A stretch of 64,000 nucleotides of DNA from Terriglobia bacterium (GTDB lineage: Bacteria > Acidobacteriota > Terriglobia > 2-12-FULL-54-10): assembly GCA_963666975.2 (NCBI GenBank), contig CAXVYR010000002.1, positions 352,001 through 416,000 on the forward strand, in the 5' to 3' direction. The translations under genes and the position numbers were made by a program. The notes under the pieces were generated by a model, which made no database searches, had not been told where the DNA came from, and worked only from the letters and a program-made list of their open reading frames with translations. Positions 40,667-51,693 of the stretch are shown here, one piece after another. Numbering within the stretch: position 1 is the first letter of the stretch; each line of letters begins with the position of its first letter.

Positions 40667-42672
40667 ATCTTCCCCTGGCCCTTCGCCTTCCAGTAGGGGA
40701 GCGTCCGGGGCAGGTAGTGCGGCTTGAGGTACACACGTGTCGGCGCAAGCGACTGAGCGCCGTCGTAAGGCAGACAGATAGCCTGACAGTTGGAGAGCAG
40801 GGCAAACTCGCGGGGCTGGAATACCGCCTCGCGCTGCTCCCGGAAGGATTTGCTGGCCCCTACGCTGCCTTGCCCGCCTCCGGCCTGGGCCGAGAGCAGG
40901 GACACCTCGCTTTGCTTGGCCGATTCGGTGATAGTGTAGGAGGGCTTGATCTTGGCAACCTGGCCGCATAGAGCCGAGGCGGTTTGAGCAGAAGCATCGT
41001 CGCTCAAGGAAAGGAAGATCCGGGTGCGCAGTGTCTGCAACAGGGTGCGCCATGCTTCCGAGCTGCCGAGTACAGAGCGCAGCGAAGAAATAGATTAGGT
41101 GGCGACAATCGGGATGCAACGGCATTGCCGGGTGAGGGCAAAGGATTTCTCGTCACCGCTCGGATCGTCCTCGCCCACGGAAGCGAAAGACTGGTATTCG
41201 TCGCAGATGAACAAGGCCGGCCGCCGCAGAAGCGATTGCAGCCAGGCGTTTTTGAGCATTACGCCTACAGCGCGGGACAGGGCCGGATTGGTTCCGGCGG
41301 GCATGTTCAAGGCCAGCACCTTGCCCGACTCGATCAGCTCATCGAGGGGTGGCAAGCTCTGACGCACTTTCAACCCAAGTCCAGGCGGTACGAAACTGTG
41401 GGGGTCGTCGGGGTCGTCTTTGACGTGCTGCGCCGGGGCTTGCTCTTTGGGCTTTGGCGGACAGAACACTCTCGCCACGTCCGGCAGGTCGAATATGGAA
41501 AGGAAAACGGATATTCCCTCCACTATGCTCGACCGGATTTTGTTGTCGATCATTCCCCAGTCGTGTTGATACCAGCGATTGACGGCTTCGACTCGATGGC
41601 GGATTTCTTCGCCAACCATGCTCTCGCTCCACTCAATTTCGTATTTGATATTGAGTTGTTCAAGTCGGGCTTCAAGCGCAGGATTGAGGGCTGTGCGACA
41701 GGTTGCTTCTTCTACGTTTTCTCGCCATTTCCAGTCTTTCAGTGAGTGCATGTTGGGCAAGTAATCTTTGCCGTCCATCACAATTGTTCCCTCTCTCCGC
41801 TGCCGGACATACGCCTCGGCTGCCTTGATTTTGGCCTCGAACAGTTCCTTGTCGATGGCGCAGTGATAGACCTGCCGAAGTGTGACCCACTGGTCGGGTA
41901 AGACCCGGTAAAGTTCGATGATCCAGCGGACCAGATTGGTGTAAGCCTGTTGCCAGAACGGCTCCTTGCCCTTGCCGAATAATTGATTGAGTAGGGATGA
42001 AACGGTGTAGGCCAGCGAGTAGGAATCGAGCCAGGTTGCCGAGAGTGGATTCCACTGCCAGCGGCCATCCATGCCCAGCTCGATATAGTCATCTTCCCGT
42101 CCGGCATCGGCCAGGATTTTCCGGATGTCATGGCAGAAATCGCCTTTGACTTCCAGCACCAGAGCCGCCGCCCGGAGCTTGGGCTCCTTCGCCTGCCAGG
42201 ACAAGATTTGCTGTGCGAAAGGGTGCATACAAGCTGAGGTTTTGCCGGACCCGACAGCGCCGAATATTGCCACTCCGGTGTACAGTCCGCGCTCCGGGAT
42301 TACGAGCCATTTTGGGTTCGGGATTTCGACAGCTTTGACCGGGTGGTGAACCTCCCCGACAACGATGCCCGGCCCGGCGTCTTTTTTGGGAGAAAGGGGC
42401 CAATCGGGCAGCACTTTGTAGGAGGGTAGATGGTCCTCCATTTTCTCAAACCAGACGTGGTAGACCGTGTTGATAATCAGCCCGCCGACAACGACTGCGA
42501 CGGCGGGCGCGACGTAATACCAGCGGACAACCCAGATGTAGAAGTTGGGAGTGTGGTAGAGCAGCAAATCGAGCAGCGGTTCCTCGCCGGGCATGGGAAA
42601 AGGCCGGTAGATGAAACCCCAAGCGGAGCAGCAAAGCCCTCCAAAGATGAGGACCGGATAGCGCCATTTCAT
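40663..42672 (-). pseudogene. VirD4-like type IV coupling protein with in-frame TAA at 41095-41097
   Basis: N-terminal TMs, FGAVGSGKT (Walker A), EVKGD, FICDEYQ (Walker B); IVAT-TAA-SISSLRSVLG where ATQS is expected; the downstream ORF is in frame. Confidence 0.85.
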
Positions 42673-42769
42673 GGGGTTTTCCTCCGGCGCGTTTGGCGCC
42701 CGCGTGTGGTCTGTGTCCGAAGCCTTCCCGCAGGGATAAATTGGACGGAAGCGACCCCCAAAGGTGGGA

Positions 42770-43000
42770 TACAGGCCATGTAACATGGCCTGTAACTAGC
42801 CCACCCCCCTGCGCGCCGCACCAGCGGCAAAAAGGGGGGGGTCGCTATCGTCCTGCTCGTTCCGGCTGGTGCGGCCCGCGCTGTCCGGTCTACAGCACCC
42901 AAGTAACTGCATAGATGCAAGATAGCAAAATGAGCCGTGTAACTAGCTCTAGTCGATTTCTGTAACAAGCCCCCCCCTGAGCTAGTTACAAGCTGGTGCG
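42770..43000. promoter_or_regulatory. Candidate oriT / protein-binding repeat region
   Basis: Perfect 12-bp IR TACAGGCCATGT-A-ACATGGCCTGTA; TGTAAC(T/A)AGC at 42791, 42938, 42961 and inverted at 42981; 11-bp IR GCCGCACCAGC / GCTGGTGCGGC. Confidence 0.55.
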
Positions 43001-43086
43001 ACCCGACCCCCGACCCCAGAACGCACAAATAACGGGCCAGCAGTCCACCGCTCATGTCACCGCTTCCAGGGACTCCATTTTGCGGT

Positions 43087-44056
43087 TTACAGGTCCACAT
43101 CCAGCATCCTCAAACGGCTCGAAACCCATATCTCGTAGCTGTCAATCGAGGCTTCTGATTCCACCTTCGATTTGGGAAGTTTTTGCAGTGTCATATATTT
43201 GTTTGAGATTTTAGTAAGCCCGCCGTACTTCGCCATAAATCATTTTGTCCATGTTGATAATCGCTTTCTCGATCAACTGCATTTCAGCTTTCACGTCCGG
43301 GTCGTCCTGGGTCTGCCCTTCCACTATTTGTTCAACTTGTTTACCCGCTCCCTTGCTCCACCGTTTCAGCGCCGTCTCGGAGCGTATTGTGTCGTCAAAG
43401 TCCAAGCCGATTGCTACCACCTGAACCTTGATGCCTTTCCCCCGCAAAGCCCTCCAAAGCCACTCGTGCGCCGCGCCCCAAGAGCGCAGTTCGGTGTCGG
43501 TGGTATTGCCCGGATCAATGTAAGCGAAGGTGGCGGATTTGGCATCGCAAGCGATGGGCAGTTTGAGGGCAAAGTAGCGGGTTTGTTTCCTCACGGCTCC
43601 GTGATAGGTGCGGCGGGGAATCCGGTTACGGTCGATGCCTAGCAGATCAAAGAAAGCGACCTTTTCCTGCTCGGTGGGAAGCCAGGGAAGTTCAGGGTGT
43701 TCCAGAACGTAATCGAGCGAGAGCAACCGCCGGAGAAGCAAGGAATCTTCCGCCTCCCGGCGGTGCCGGACGTTCTCAATTCCAAGCTCCCGGTAGATCG
43801 GTTTATGAGAAATCCGGCAACCCCTCGCCACGCCGTTACTGTTGGGTAGATCAAACTCCACGGCAAGGCCGCGCTCCACAAGATCGCGCACAAAGCGCAT
43901 GGCCCGGTTCCTCGCGGCACCCTCGAAGAAATGACAGAATTGCGGCCTCGTGAAAGCGCCGCTGTGGAGACAGACCAGGGCAACCCATTCCGCCTCTCGG
44001 CCAGTCAAGCCGAACGGCTTTAGCTTCTTTTCTCGTTCAAGGAGATGAGCAATCAT
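43087..44056 (-). CDS. Uncharacterised ICE protein with N-terminal winged helix; probable frameshift near 43243
   Basis: FGLTGREAEWVALVCLHSGAFTRPQF...FVRDLVERG. An alternative frame continues FMAKYGG...IDSYEIWVSSRLRMLDVDL* to 43087. Confidence 0.6.
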
Positions 44057-44058
44057 TA

Positions 44059-44723
44059 CTACCCGCCGGACACCATAGCCCGGTCGCCTCGAAGGTAGGT
44101 GACGATGATTCCCATAGGATTGAAAATCATCAATTCGGTCGGGACTGCCTCAAGGAATATGAATTGCAGGGAGAGCGACCAGCGTTCGCGCTCGGTCTCG
44201 ACCGCATTCACCAGCCGCACGAGGTCGAAGTCGGCGGTGGCGCCGTGGGGTTCCTGTTGGTTGGCTTGAATCCGCAAGACAACCCGCTCGACCTGTTGTT
44301 CCTCTCTTGTGCCTCCCGCCGCCAGCATGGCGATATTCTGGCCTTCGGCCCGGAAGGCTTCGTTGGCTAGCCCGGTGGTCAGAAAGCGGAGACTGCGGGG
44401 CCAAGCCTGCTCGACCGTGGCCCGCCTCCGGGAGTAGTAGTCGTCGATGAAGCGGTTCAGAAAATACTTGGTGGTGGGGTCCAGCGGATCGGACTGTGCC
44501 TCGACCGTCTCATAGGCCAGCGCCTCGGCCCGGCCTACCTCGTCCACGCGCACGACGATGGGCCGGGGCGCTTCAACCGATGACAGCCGGATGATGATGA
44601 TTATCAGCAAAAGGCAGAGTCCGGCCAAGCCCATCGACAGAACCCTCAAGTGCCGGTTGGAGTGGATTGCCTCTCCCCAGATCTCGGCGTAGGTCTTTGC
44701 GGTTTCGTCTTCTCTTTGCTCAT
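44059..44723 (-). CDS. VirB8/TrbF-like T4SS protein (RBS-associated ATG is out of frame, possible 5' frameshift)
   Basis: Single TM then PRPIVVRVDEVGRAEA...YFLNRFI...NPMGIIVT. Confidence 0.8.
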
Positions 44724-44731
44724 AGTTCCCC

Positions 44732-45727
44732 CTACCCGGCCAGCTTGGCGGCTCCACCCGCTGCCGAAGTTCCGCCACTTGCTGCCGCCATTCCTGCTCC
44801 CGTAAGTCCGGAGCTGGTGACGGCTTGGCCGGAGACCAGCATGGAAGCCAGCTCCCCGACTTTCAGGGAGGCCAATATCCCGGCCACAAACAGGGGCAGG
44901 ATTATCAATACCCACCCCGCCATGGTGACCAAATCGAAGTCAAGGGTCTGGTTGGAAAAGGTAGTCACATAGCCCAGCCCGACACCCATGAAAACCCGCA
45001 TGACGGCTCCGGCCAGGGCGCCGTAGAGGCTGAAAGTTATCAAGGATCGGAACCAGCCCCAGAACAGAAACGACAGCGGCTCAAACAGCAGCCAGGGGAT
45101 GAAGATCGGCCCCAGGAAGATGAGGATTGCAATTGCAATCTGCGCCCAGATCACCTGTGCGTAGGTGACGGCATACAGGATGACGAGCATACATCCCGTG
45201 AAAATCACCATAATGGTGGCCGTCGCCAGAGTAATCAGCGCCCTACCGCTGGAAGTGATTAGTTCCCATATGTTGTAGCCATCCCAGGCATCGGTGATGC
45301 GGGTCATGTGGGTATTCACCATGTTGGACAATTCGGTTCTCATGGCCGTTCCGGAGTCGGCCATGAAAAATTCCATCAACCAGTTTCCGCCGCCCACAAT
45401 CATCCCTGGAAAGGTGTAAGCGTTTGCCGGAACAGGCAGCGGGGTGTCGTAGAAGTGCAGCATGGCCCAGGGAACCCAAAGGGCGATCACGAGCCTGATT
45501 AACTCCCACGGCTGGAAGCTGCCGGACATGGCAATCTTCACCCCGGTCCAGACAACCATGATGGCGGCCAGCCCGGTCCAGAGGTCTTGTCCGGCGGTCA
45601 GCAAGATCGGCCCGCTGGTTCCGATAATGTTGTTCATCACCCCTTGCAGGAAGCCGCCGAAGTCGTCCAGCTGCGCCGGGGGGATGTTGGTTGGAACACT
45701 GGGGTCGAGTTGAATCTGAAACAACAA
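44732..45727 (-). CDS. VirB6/TrbL-like inner membrane protein
   Basis: Polytopic; LGPIFIPWLLFEPLSFLFWGW; Gly/Ala-rich tail. Confidence 0.85.
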   Translation of the reverse strand: MLFQIQLDPSVPTNIPPAQLDDFGGFLQGVMNNIIGTSGPILLTAGQDLWTGLAAIMVVWTGVKIAMSGSFQPWELIRLVIALWVPWAMLHFYDTPLPVPANAYTFPGMIVGGGNWLMEFFMADSGTAMRTELSNMVNTHMTRITDAWDGYNIWELITSSGRALITLATATIMVIFTGCMLVILYAVTYAQVIWAQIAIAILIFLGPIFIPWLLFEPLSFLFWGWFRSLITFSLYGALAGAVMRVFMGVGLGYVTTFSNQTLDFDLVTMAGWVLIILPLFVAGILASLKVGELASMLVSGQAVTSSGLTGAGMAAASGGTSAAGGAAKLAG

Positions 45728-45755
45728 AGGCTAGCCTTCCGGGACCGCCACCAGA

Positions 45756-46652
45756 TTAAGGGGTATACAGGGGATGCACCTGCATACGGAGACTTGCGCC
45801 GCCGTCGCTGCGTGAGGTAATCCCGTCCAGCCGTTCCTGGAATATCTGCTGGCCTCGTGCAGTGGCTTCCATCAAGGCAGCCTCGCGCTCCCGCCGCCTC
45901 GCTTCTGCTTCCAGTTCCGCCGCCGCCACCTGCGCCGCTTGGAGTGCTTGCAACTGCGCCATTGCGGCTGTTAGCTGTCCCTGTGTGACCATTCCGGCGA
46001 CCTGAGATTGCTGTAGCGCGGTGTCGGATTTGTTAGCGTTGTTCCGCAGCCCGTTGTAGGAATCGAGCGCGGATTTGATAGCCGCCGAAGTCTCTGCGGC
46101 GGCATCGGAAACGGCATAGTTGAGGACGGTGGACTGCTCGCCGCGCTCCCGGTTGTTGCGGTAGTTCGCGGCGGCTCTGGTTGCCAGCTCCACCGGAAAG
46201 TTTGCGTAGGTTGCCAGCACGTCCGCCTCGCTCGTGGTGTCGGCAGTTTGCAGCCGGGTCCGCATGGCCTGGGTGATTGATGTGCCATCGCTGAACTGCT
46301 CAACCGCCGTCGCCAGCTCACCGGCAGCGCCGCTAAAATCGGATTTCCAGGCCATGCCTGTCCCGATGAGCTTGCTGGGGACCGAAGCCAGATCGGTGAA
46401 CGGTTGGGTGATGGCTCCAATCTGTCCTAAAGTGCTTTCCCTGATGTGCTCGAATTGCTCCGTCAGCTTGCCAAGCTGGTTGCTCATAGATGTGAGCTGC
46501 GCCATCTGGTTGCCGATCATCGTTATCTGATTTGCCATCATGATGATTCTCTGTGATATCGCCGTGGGGTCGGTGGTGGGGAAAAAAGCCAACGCCGACA
46601 CTGCCGTAAACAGGGGCAGGAAAAACAGAGCCAGCCAAGTTCGGACTTTCAT
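45756..46652 (-). CDS. VirB5/TrbJ-like secreted protein
   Basis: Signal peptide, Q/N-rich helical NQITMIGNQMAQL; position between virB10 and virB6. Confidence 0.65.
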   Translation of the reverse strand: MKVRTWLALFFLPLFTAVSALAFFPTTDPTAISQRIIMMANQITMIGNQMAQLTSMSNQLGKLTEQFEHIRESTLGQIGAITQPFTDLASVPSKLIGTGMAWKSDFSGAAGELATAVEQFSDGTSITQAMRTRLQTADTTSEADVLATYANFPVELATRAAANYRNNRERGEQSTVLNYAVSDAAAETSAAIKSALDSYNGLRNNANKSDTALQQSQVAGMVTQGQLTAAMAQLQALQAAQVAAAELEAEARRREREAALMEATARGQQIFQERLDGITSRSDGGASLRMQVHPLYTP

Positions 46653-48034
46653 GGTTTGTCTCCTTTCAAGGTTGTGGTTCCCCGGCCCGTGGGCCGGGGA
46701 ACAAGTGCGTCGGAAGTGAACCAGATTCGTAGCCGGTGTCCGGCGCGAATCGTGAGAGTGGGTAAACGATTCAGAAAGCGCTGCAAGATTTGCTGTGCGC
46801 CCTGTCCGAGCCCTTGCCCGGCTCCGGCCCGGATCGCTGGCGCACCGCCAGAATAGGGGTTCGCTCCTTGCAAGGTCAGCCCGGAGATAACTCCGACTGC
46901 TCCGACCGCCGCAAACATGGAGAGGTAATGGCGGTTCACCTGATCTTTCAATGCACTCTCTCCGACCTGATTGAGTCCGGCAAAATCGAGCGCAACCCAG
47001 CGACCGTCGGGAAATATCAAGCGATGGAAGCCCACTACAAGCCGCTCTTGGTCAATGCCCCGCACCGAAGTCGCCGTGCCAATGACTCTCGATCCACGGG
47101 GGACAAGAATCCGCTGCCGGTCGGCGGAGTAAAACGGAACCGACACCGCCGCCAGCACCGGGCCGGGAAGTCTGTTGAAGTCGCCTGAAAGCTGAGTGAC
47201 CATCACCGCCTCCAGAAACGAGCCTTCATAGATTCGCTCGAAGCCGGGCGGGTCTGCGGGCGCGACGCTCGATGTAGGATTCTCGTAGTCCTTTCGCGTT
47301 GCGCCGGTAAGCGCCTCCGCCGCCGCGCCCAGGCCGGGTAGGGGCAACTCCCCTTCATGCTCGCCCGGCGCTGTCTGGGATTCGGCTGCTTCCGCATCAG
47401 CGACAACTTGACTGAGCATATCAAGCGACTGTTGCAAGGCTTGATTGACTGCCGCTGGCGGTTGGAAGTTCTGCGCGGTTGGAGTACCAGGAGTCCCCGG
47501 CGCTTCACCGCCCTCCGCCGCTGCTTGCGACGGCGGCGGCTCGCTCACTGTACGGTAGGTCTGCGCCACCGGCGCTGACCGCAGTGAGCGGTTGCGCCGT
47601 TCGATCTCTTCCAAGCGCAATACCTCTCTCAGCTCCGCCTCGGCCTGGCTCGACGGCACAATCGGATCTCCGCCGATGACGCCGCTCGGCAAAAGCGAAG
47701 CGGTTGCGCTGGGGGTGTAAATGCCGCCCGCCTGCTGCTGTTGCAGTTCCCTCTCCGCCGCTTGCCGTTGGGCCTCCTGCCGCAACCCTTCCTCGCGGAC
47801 CCTCGCCGCAACCTGCGCTTGCGCTCCGGGTCCTGCCGGTTGTTGCGAGCCCGAATCCGCTACTTCGACTTCCTCCGGCGCGGTATTGAAAACAGACTGC
47901 ATCACCAGAAAGAGGCCGAGCACCACGGCGATTCCCGCCACCCCCCATCGGGTGAGTTTCTGGATCGGCACGGCTCCGGTAGCCTTGTCGTGCAGCCGTT
48001 TCCATTGGTTCTGAATCTGGTTCTGTGGGTTCAT
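46649..48034 (-). CDS. VirB10/TrbI-like protein
   Basis: IYEGSFLEAVMVTQLSGD, ILVPRGSRVIG, RLIFPDG, DQVNRHY and PTLTIRAGHR motifs. Confidence 0.9.
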   Translation of the reverse strand: MNPQNQIQNQWKRLHDKATGAVPIQKLTRWGVAGIAVVLGLFLVMQSVFNTAPEEVEVADSGSQQPAGPGAQAQVAARVREEGLRQEAQRQAAERELQQQQAGGIYTPSATASLLPSGVIGGDPIVPSSQAEAELREVLRLEEIERRNRSLRSAPVAQTYRTVSEPPPSQAAAEGGEAPGTPGTPTAQNFQPPAAVNQALQQSLDMLSQVVADAEAAESQTAPGEHEGELPLPGLGAAAEALTGATRKDYENPTSSVAPADPPGFERIYEGSFLEAVMVTQLSGDFNRLPGPVLAAVSVPFYSADRQRILVPRGSRVIGTATSVRGIDQERLVVGFHRLIFPDGRWVALDFAGLNQVGESALKDQVNRHYLSMFAAVGAVGVISGLTLQGANPYSGGAPAIRAGAGQGLGQGAQQILQRFLNRLPTLTIRAGHRLRIWFTSDALVPRPTGRGTTTLKGDKP

Positions 48035-48930
48035 GGTTCCAGCTCCCGCCTGTCGAGCTTCCACTGAGCCTTTTCCTTGCCGATTTGCAGCCAGCCGTCG
48101 CCTAACAGATGCCGGGCGACATAAAGGCCGTCCTCGTTGAGGTCGTAGGCTACCAGCGCGGGCTTGCCTTCTTTGATTTCATAGAGCGCCGGGGACTCCT
48201 GGGCGTTGGAGCGCAGATAGGTAAATTGGCCGTCGTGCCACATGCCTTCGACCAGGAAGGGCCATTTGAGGGCTTTGTCTTGCAGACGGTAAGGGAATTT
48301 CAACCGCGTGGGATAGTCGGCCCGGAAAGAGTTGATCTCCGCCTCGGCCTGTTGCCGTACCGTGTCGATCTGCTGCTCCGCTTCGGCCTGCGCCGCTCCG
48401 GCGGTCATTCGCGCCTGCTCCGCCATCTGTTGATAGGCTTCCACCTGATCGCGGGCCACAAAGGCGGGCTGATGCGCTCCGGGTGATATCCTCGGATCGC
48501 TCTCGGCCGCACTGGCGATGCGAACGACAAGATGCGGTTGTCCGGGCTGCTCGGAGACAAGGAAGGAATAGATTCTCCCGGATTCGCAAACCAGGGCGAC
48601 GTTGGTGCTGACGCCCTCGCTGATCGGTTTCAAGAAAGCGAGATTGGCCGCTCCGGTCAAGTGCCAATACTCGGAGTCACCCACTACGAAATCGAGAATG
48701 TTCTCTCGTCCCGGAAGTTGAATAACGGTGGTGTGGCGTACTCTGGTCCGCAAGCGGATGATCTGGTCCGGGTTGTCGCCGACCCGAATCACTGACGGCT
48801 CCGCCGCCGGTGTTTCCTGCTCGGCAGGAGTGGGGCGGGGAGCTGCCGCTGCTTCTGGTATTTCCTGCGCGGTGGTGGTGATGGGTATTGCCGTCAGCAA
48901 TATCAGAACGGCCAGGGTGATGAGTTTCAT
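48031..48930 (-). CDS. VirB9/TrbG-like protein
   Basis: Signal peptide, VGDSEYW, AFLKP, TNVALV, GRIYSF and WHDGQFTYL motifs. Confidence 0.88.
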   Translation of the reverse strand: MKLITLAVLILLTAIPITTTAQEIPEAAAAPRPTPAEQETPAAEPSVIRVGDNPDQIIRLRTRVRHTTVIQLPGRENILDFVVGDSEYWHLTGAANLAFLKPISEGVSTNVALVCESGRIYSFLVSEQPGQPHLVVRIASAAESDPRISPGAHQPAFVARDQVEAYQQMAEQARMTAGAAQAEAEQQIDTVRQQAEAEINSFRADYPTRLKFPYRLQDKALKWPFLVEGMWHDGQFTYLRSNAQESPALYEIKEGKPALVAYDLNEDGLYVARHLLGDGWLQIGKEKAQWKLDRRELEP

Positions 48931-48934
48931 GGTG

Positions 48935-51394
48935 TTACCTCCGTTTGTTTGACAAGTGTTCGAGCGCACCCTCCAGGCCATACCGCTCTACCGCCTCGGC
49001 CCGCTCCTGAGCATCGCGGGCCGAGCTGGTATAGAGCCAGTAGCTTTCAGGGTCCACTTCCAGTCGTAGCTTTCCCGCCGCTTCCGGTCGCCGCATATAC
49101 AGCTCCCGTTTGGGAATCAAACCGCGTATGGTGGCTACCTCGGACGGATTCAGGCGAAAGATGTCTGCCGCCTTGTCCGGCAGTTCCGGGTTGGCAAGAA
49201 ATAGTTTGGTCGGCATGGATTCGAGCAGTACGTCGGCTCCGGCAGTTCCGGTCACGTCCACGGCGCTTTGAGTCGCCATAATCAGCGCCGCGTTCTTCTT
49301 CCGCCAGGTCTTGGCTGCCTCGGCCAGATAACCCAGCACCGCCGGATCACGGAGATAACGCCAGGCTTCATCCACCACCATGAGCTTGACCCTCTCCGTC
49401 TCGGCTGGATTCTCCAGCGCCAGCCGCAGCCGTTCCAGAAGATAGAACAGCGCCGCCTCGCAGAGGTCCTCATGCTCGGCTGCTCCGGCCAGGTCGATCA
49501 CCTGCCATTCGGCCAGTTCGAGGTCCGTCCCGCTAGCCGGGTTGTCGAAGTATTTGCCCCAAGCGCCCTCGCCGTGCCAGCGCCCTAGCGCGGGCCACAT
49601 CTTGGAGGGCAAGGAATGTACCAGCACACTCAAGGTCCGCCGATCCGGCGGGAATGAGTACACGTCCTCGATGCGGGCGCGGATTTCACTGGGGTCTTCT
49701 CCGCTCACCTGCCAGCCGCCGATCCGTAGCAGGCGCGTAATCCAGCCGGTTAAAAACTGATATGTCCGCTCTCCTGCCGGTAGCGCGAAGGGGCGCAACC
49801 GAAAGCCGCCCTCTCCGGCGTCGTCGTCGGGTGAAAGTTCGAGATACCCGCCTCCCAGAAAGCGGGTGAGCCAGCGGTACGAGCCCCCGAGGTCCAGAAT
49901 GAGCACGCGCGGGTTGTACTGCAGGGCTTGGACAAGCAAAAAGTTGAGCGTGAAGCTCTTTCCCGCTCCGGTCGCCCCTAGCACTAGCGTGTGGCCCACG
50001 TCGCCGTGAAACAGATCGTAGTAGTAGGGAGTTCTCCACTGCGTTTCCAGAATAGCCAGCGCGTCCCGCTGCAAGTGGCCGCTCCGTGGGTTGCCACTCG
50101 GTGGCCCGAATATCGGCGCCATGCAAGCCGCCGCGCCCGCCGAAAGAAAGACGGATCGGACCTGCCGCTTTCTGGGCTGCGCCGGAAAGCGGCAGAACCA
50201 TGTGGCCAGCTGGCCGTAGCCTTCCCGGATCGCTTTGGCATCGTGGGCCGCAAAGATGCGGCGAATATCTCCGTCCAGCCGTTCGGTCTGCTCCAGCTCT
50301 CCATGTAGGGCGATGGTAAGTGCCATGTCGCCGTAGGCGATTCCCTCCGTCTCCAACTCCACCAGGGCGTGACCCAAGCGACTCGATTCCACTTCGGCGG
50401 CGCTGTCTACCATTGCCGAAGCGGTTCCCTCGGTTTCCTGCACGTGCGCCATCATGGAGTACCGCTTTGAGAAGTAATGGCGCTGCGCCCCGCGAATCTT
50501 GCGCCGGGCAGAATCGAGGCCCCACGGTCGCCATTCCAGGGCCACGGTCATGGTGGCATCGAGCCGGTACAGATCGTTCAGAAGGTTGGCCTGCGCTCCG
50601 CTGGGGGGCGAGAGCAGCGAGTACAGAATGACCGGCTCGCCGTCCAGCCGCAGATGCCTCCGCTCGGCCTCCAACTCGCTGCGGGACAGCCGCCAGTTCA
50701 TGCCGCTGCCGGTGGCACCCTCCCAGCCGCCGCCGGGGCGGCCGGGTCGGCCGGGTCGGCCGGGTCGATTGATGAGTTCGCTCAAGACGGCTGATCCAGC
50801 ATCGGCGTCGAGCAGTTCCACCGGCGTCAAGTCCGATACCAGGGCGCATGACGCATCGACCAGTTGGCGGAAGCGCGTGGCGGCGGCTTCTATTTCGGTG
50901 AGTAGATAGACTGATTCGTGAGGGTTGCGCCGCCGTGCCAGCCAGTTCTGTAGGTAGGACTTCCACCATGCCTGATCCGACCGGCCTTTCGAGGCGGATG
51001 AAAGGTGAGGATCGTAGGTCCAGGCAATGTAGGTCTGGATTTCCTGAACGCGGCTGCTCAGAAAAGCCCGCCGCTTCCGCTGCGAGATGGCGGCAACGGT
51101 GGATTGCTCTCCCTGCTCTCCGGGGTCGAAGTGGCTGGCCCGTCGAAACAGATAGAAGTAAATGCGCGTCCGGGAATCGGCCCCGGAAAGCATACGCTGC
51201 CAGCGATTCAGCACCGCGTCCATCTGTTCAGGGGTTCGCCCGTCCAGGACGGCGGGCGTGAGCCGCGCCAAGCAAAGCAGCTCACCGGCGCGGGTCAGGC
51301 AGGTTCGCCCGTCATCCAGCCAGCCCCAATAGGGGATTTCCTCGGCCAGCGCCCCGGCAGCTTGATAGTCGGCTACTTCTTGATCCACATTCAT
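48935..51394 (-). CDS. VirB4/TrbE-like ATPase
   Basis: GHTLVLGATGAGKSF, ILDLGGSY, VVDEAWRYL and RKKNAALIMATQS motifs. Confidence 0.93.
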   Translation of the reverse strand: MNVDQEVADYQAAGALAEEIPYWGWLDDGRTCLTRAGELLCLARLTPAVLDGRTPEQMDAVLNRWQRMLSGADSRTRIYFYLFRRASHFDPGEQGEQSTVAAISQRKRRAFLSSRVQEIQTYIAWTYDPHLSSASKGRSDQAWWKSYLQNWLARRRNPHESVYLLTEIEAAATRFRQLVDASCALVSDLTPVELLDADAGSAVLSELINRPGRPGRPGRPGGGWEGATGSGMNWRLSRSELEAERRHLRLDGEPVILYSLLSPPSGAQANLLNDLYRLDATMTVALEWRPWGLDSARRKIRGAQRHYFSKRYSMMAHVQETEGTASAMVDSAAEVESSRLGHALVELETEGIAYGDMALTIALHGELEQTERLDGDIRRIFAAHDAKAIREGYGQLATWFCRFPAQPRKRQVRSVFLSAGAAACMAPIFGPPSGNPRSGHLQRDALAILETQWRTPYYYDLFHGDVGHTLVLGATGAGKSFTLNFLLVQALQYNPRVLILDLGGSYRWLTRFLGGGYLELSPDDDAGEGGFRLRPFALPAGERTYQFLTGWITRLLRIGGWQVSGEDPSEIRARIEDVYSFPPDRRTLSVLVHSLPSKMWPALGRWHGEGAWGKYFDNPASGTDLELAEWQVIDLAGAAEHEDLCEAALFYLLERLRLALENPAETERVKLMVVDEAWRYLRDPAVLGYLAEAAKTWRKKNAALIMATQSAVDVTGTAGADVLLESMPTKLFLANPELPDKAADIFRLNPSEVATIRGLIPKRELYMRRPEAAGKLRLEVDPESYWLYTSSARDAQERAEAVERYGLEGALEHLSNKRR

Positions 51395-51693
51395 AAGCGT
51401 CCTCGGATTAGCAGATACCAGGGGGAGTCGGCCCACTTGCCGGGATCGTAGCGGGCTTTGAAGCGGGTCGAAGCGCGCAGGATTTCCACCATGTTGGGGT
51501 CCTCGCGCCAAGCAAACCAGCCAGCGGCATAGAGCGCCACAAATATCACGCCGCCGGTCATCAGGGAGTTGATGGCGTTCCACATTGCCAGCCCCAACAT
51601 GGCGCTGAGTAGAAACCAGCGGCGCTCCACGCCCATGATGGTGAGCGGCGCACTCAAGGCCGGATAAGCAGGCCAGTTCTTTGCGCCCTGCAT
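51391..51693 (-). CDS. VirB3/TrbD-like protein
   Basis: ALSAPLTIMGVERR, two TMs, ends with the DP...RYDP pattern. Confidence 0.85.
   Translation of the reverse strand: MQGAKNWPAYPALSAPLTIMGVERRWFLLSAMLGLAMWNAINSLMTGGVIFVALYAAGWFAWREDPNMVEILRASTRFKARYDPGKWADSPWYLLIRGRL

Noticed and set aside
42976-42993. CTGAGCTA and TTACAAGC matches to tRNA-Val as a second att site
   Set aside because: Only 8-nt matches on opposite strands, explained by the TGTAACTAGC boxes.
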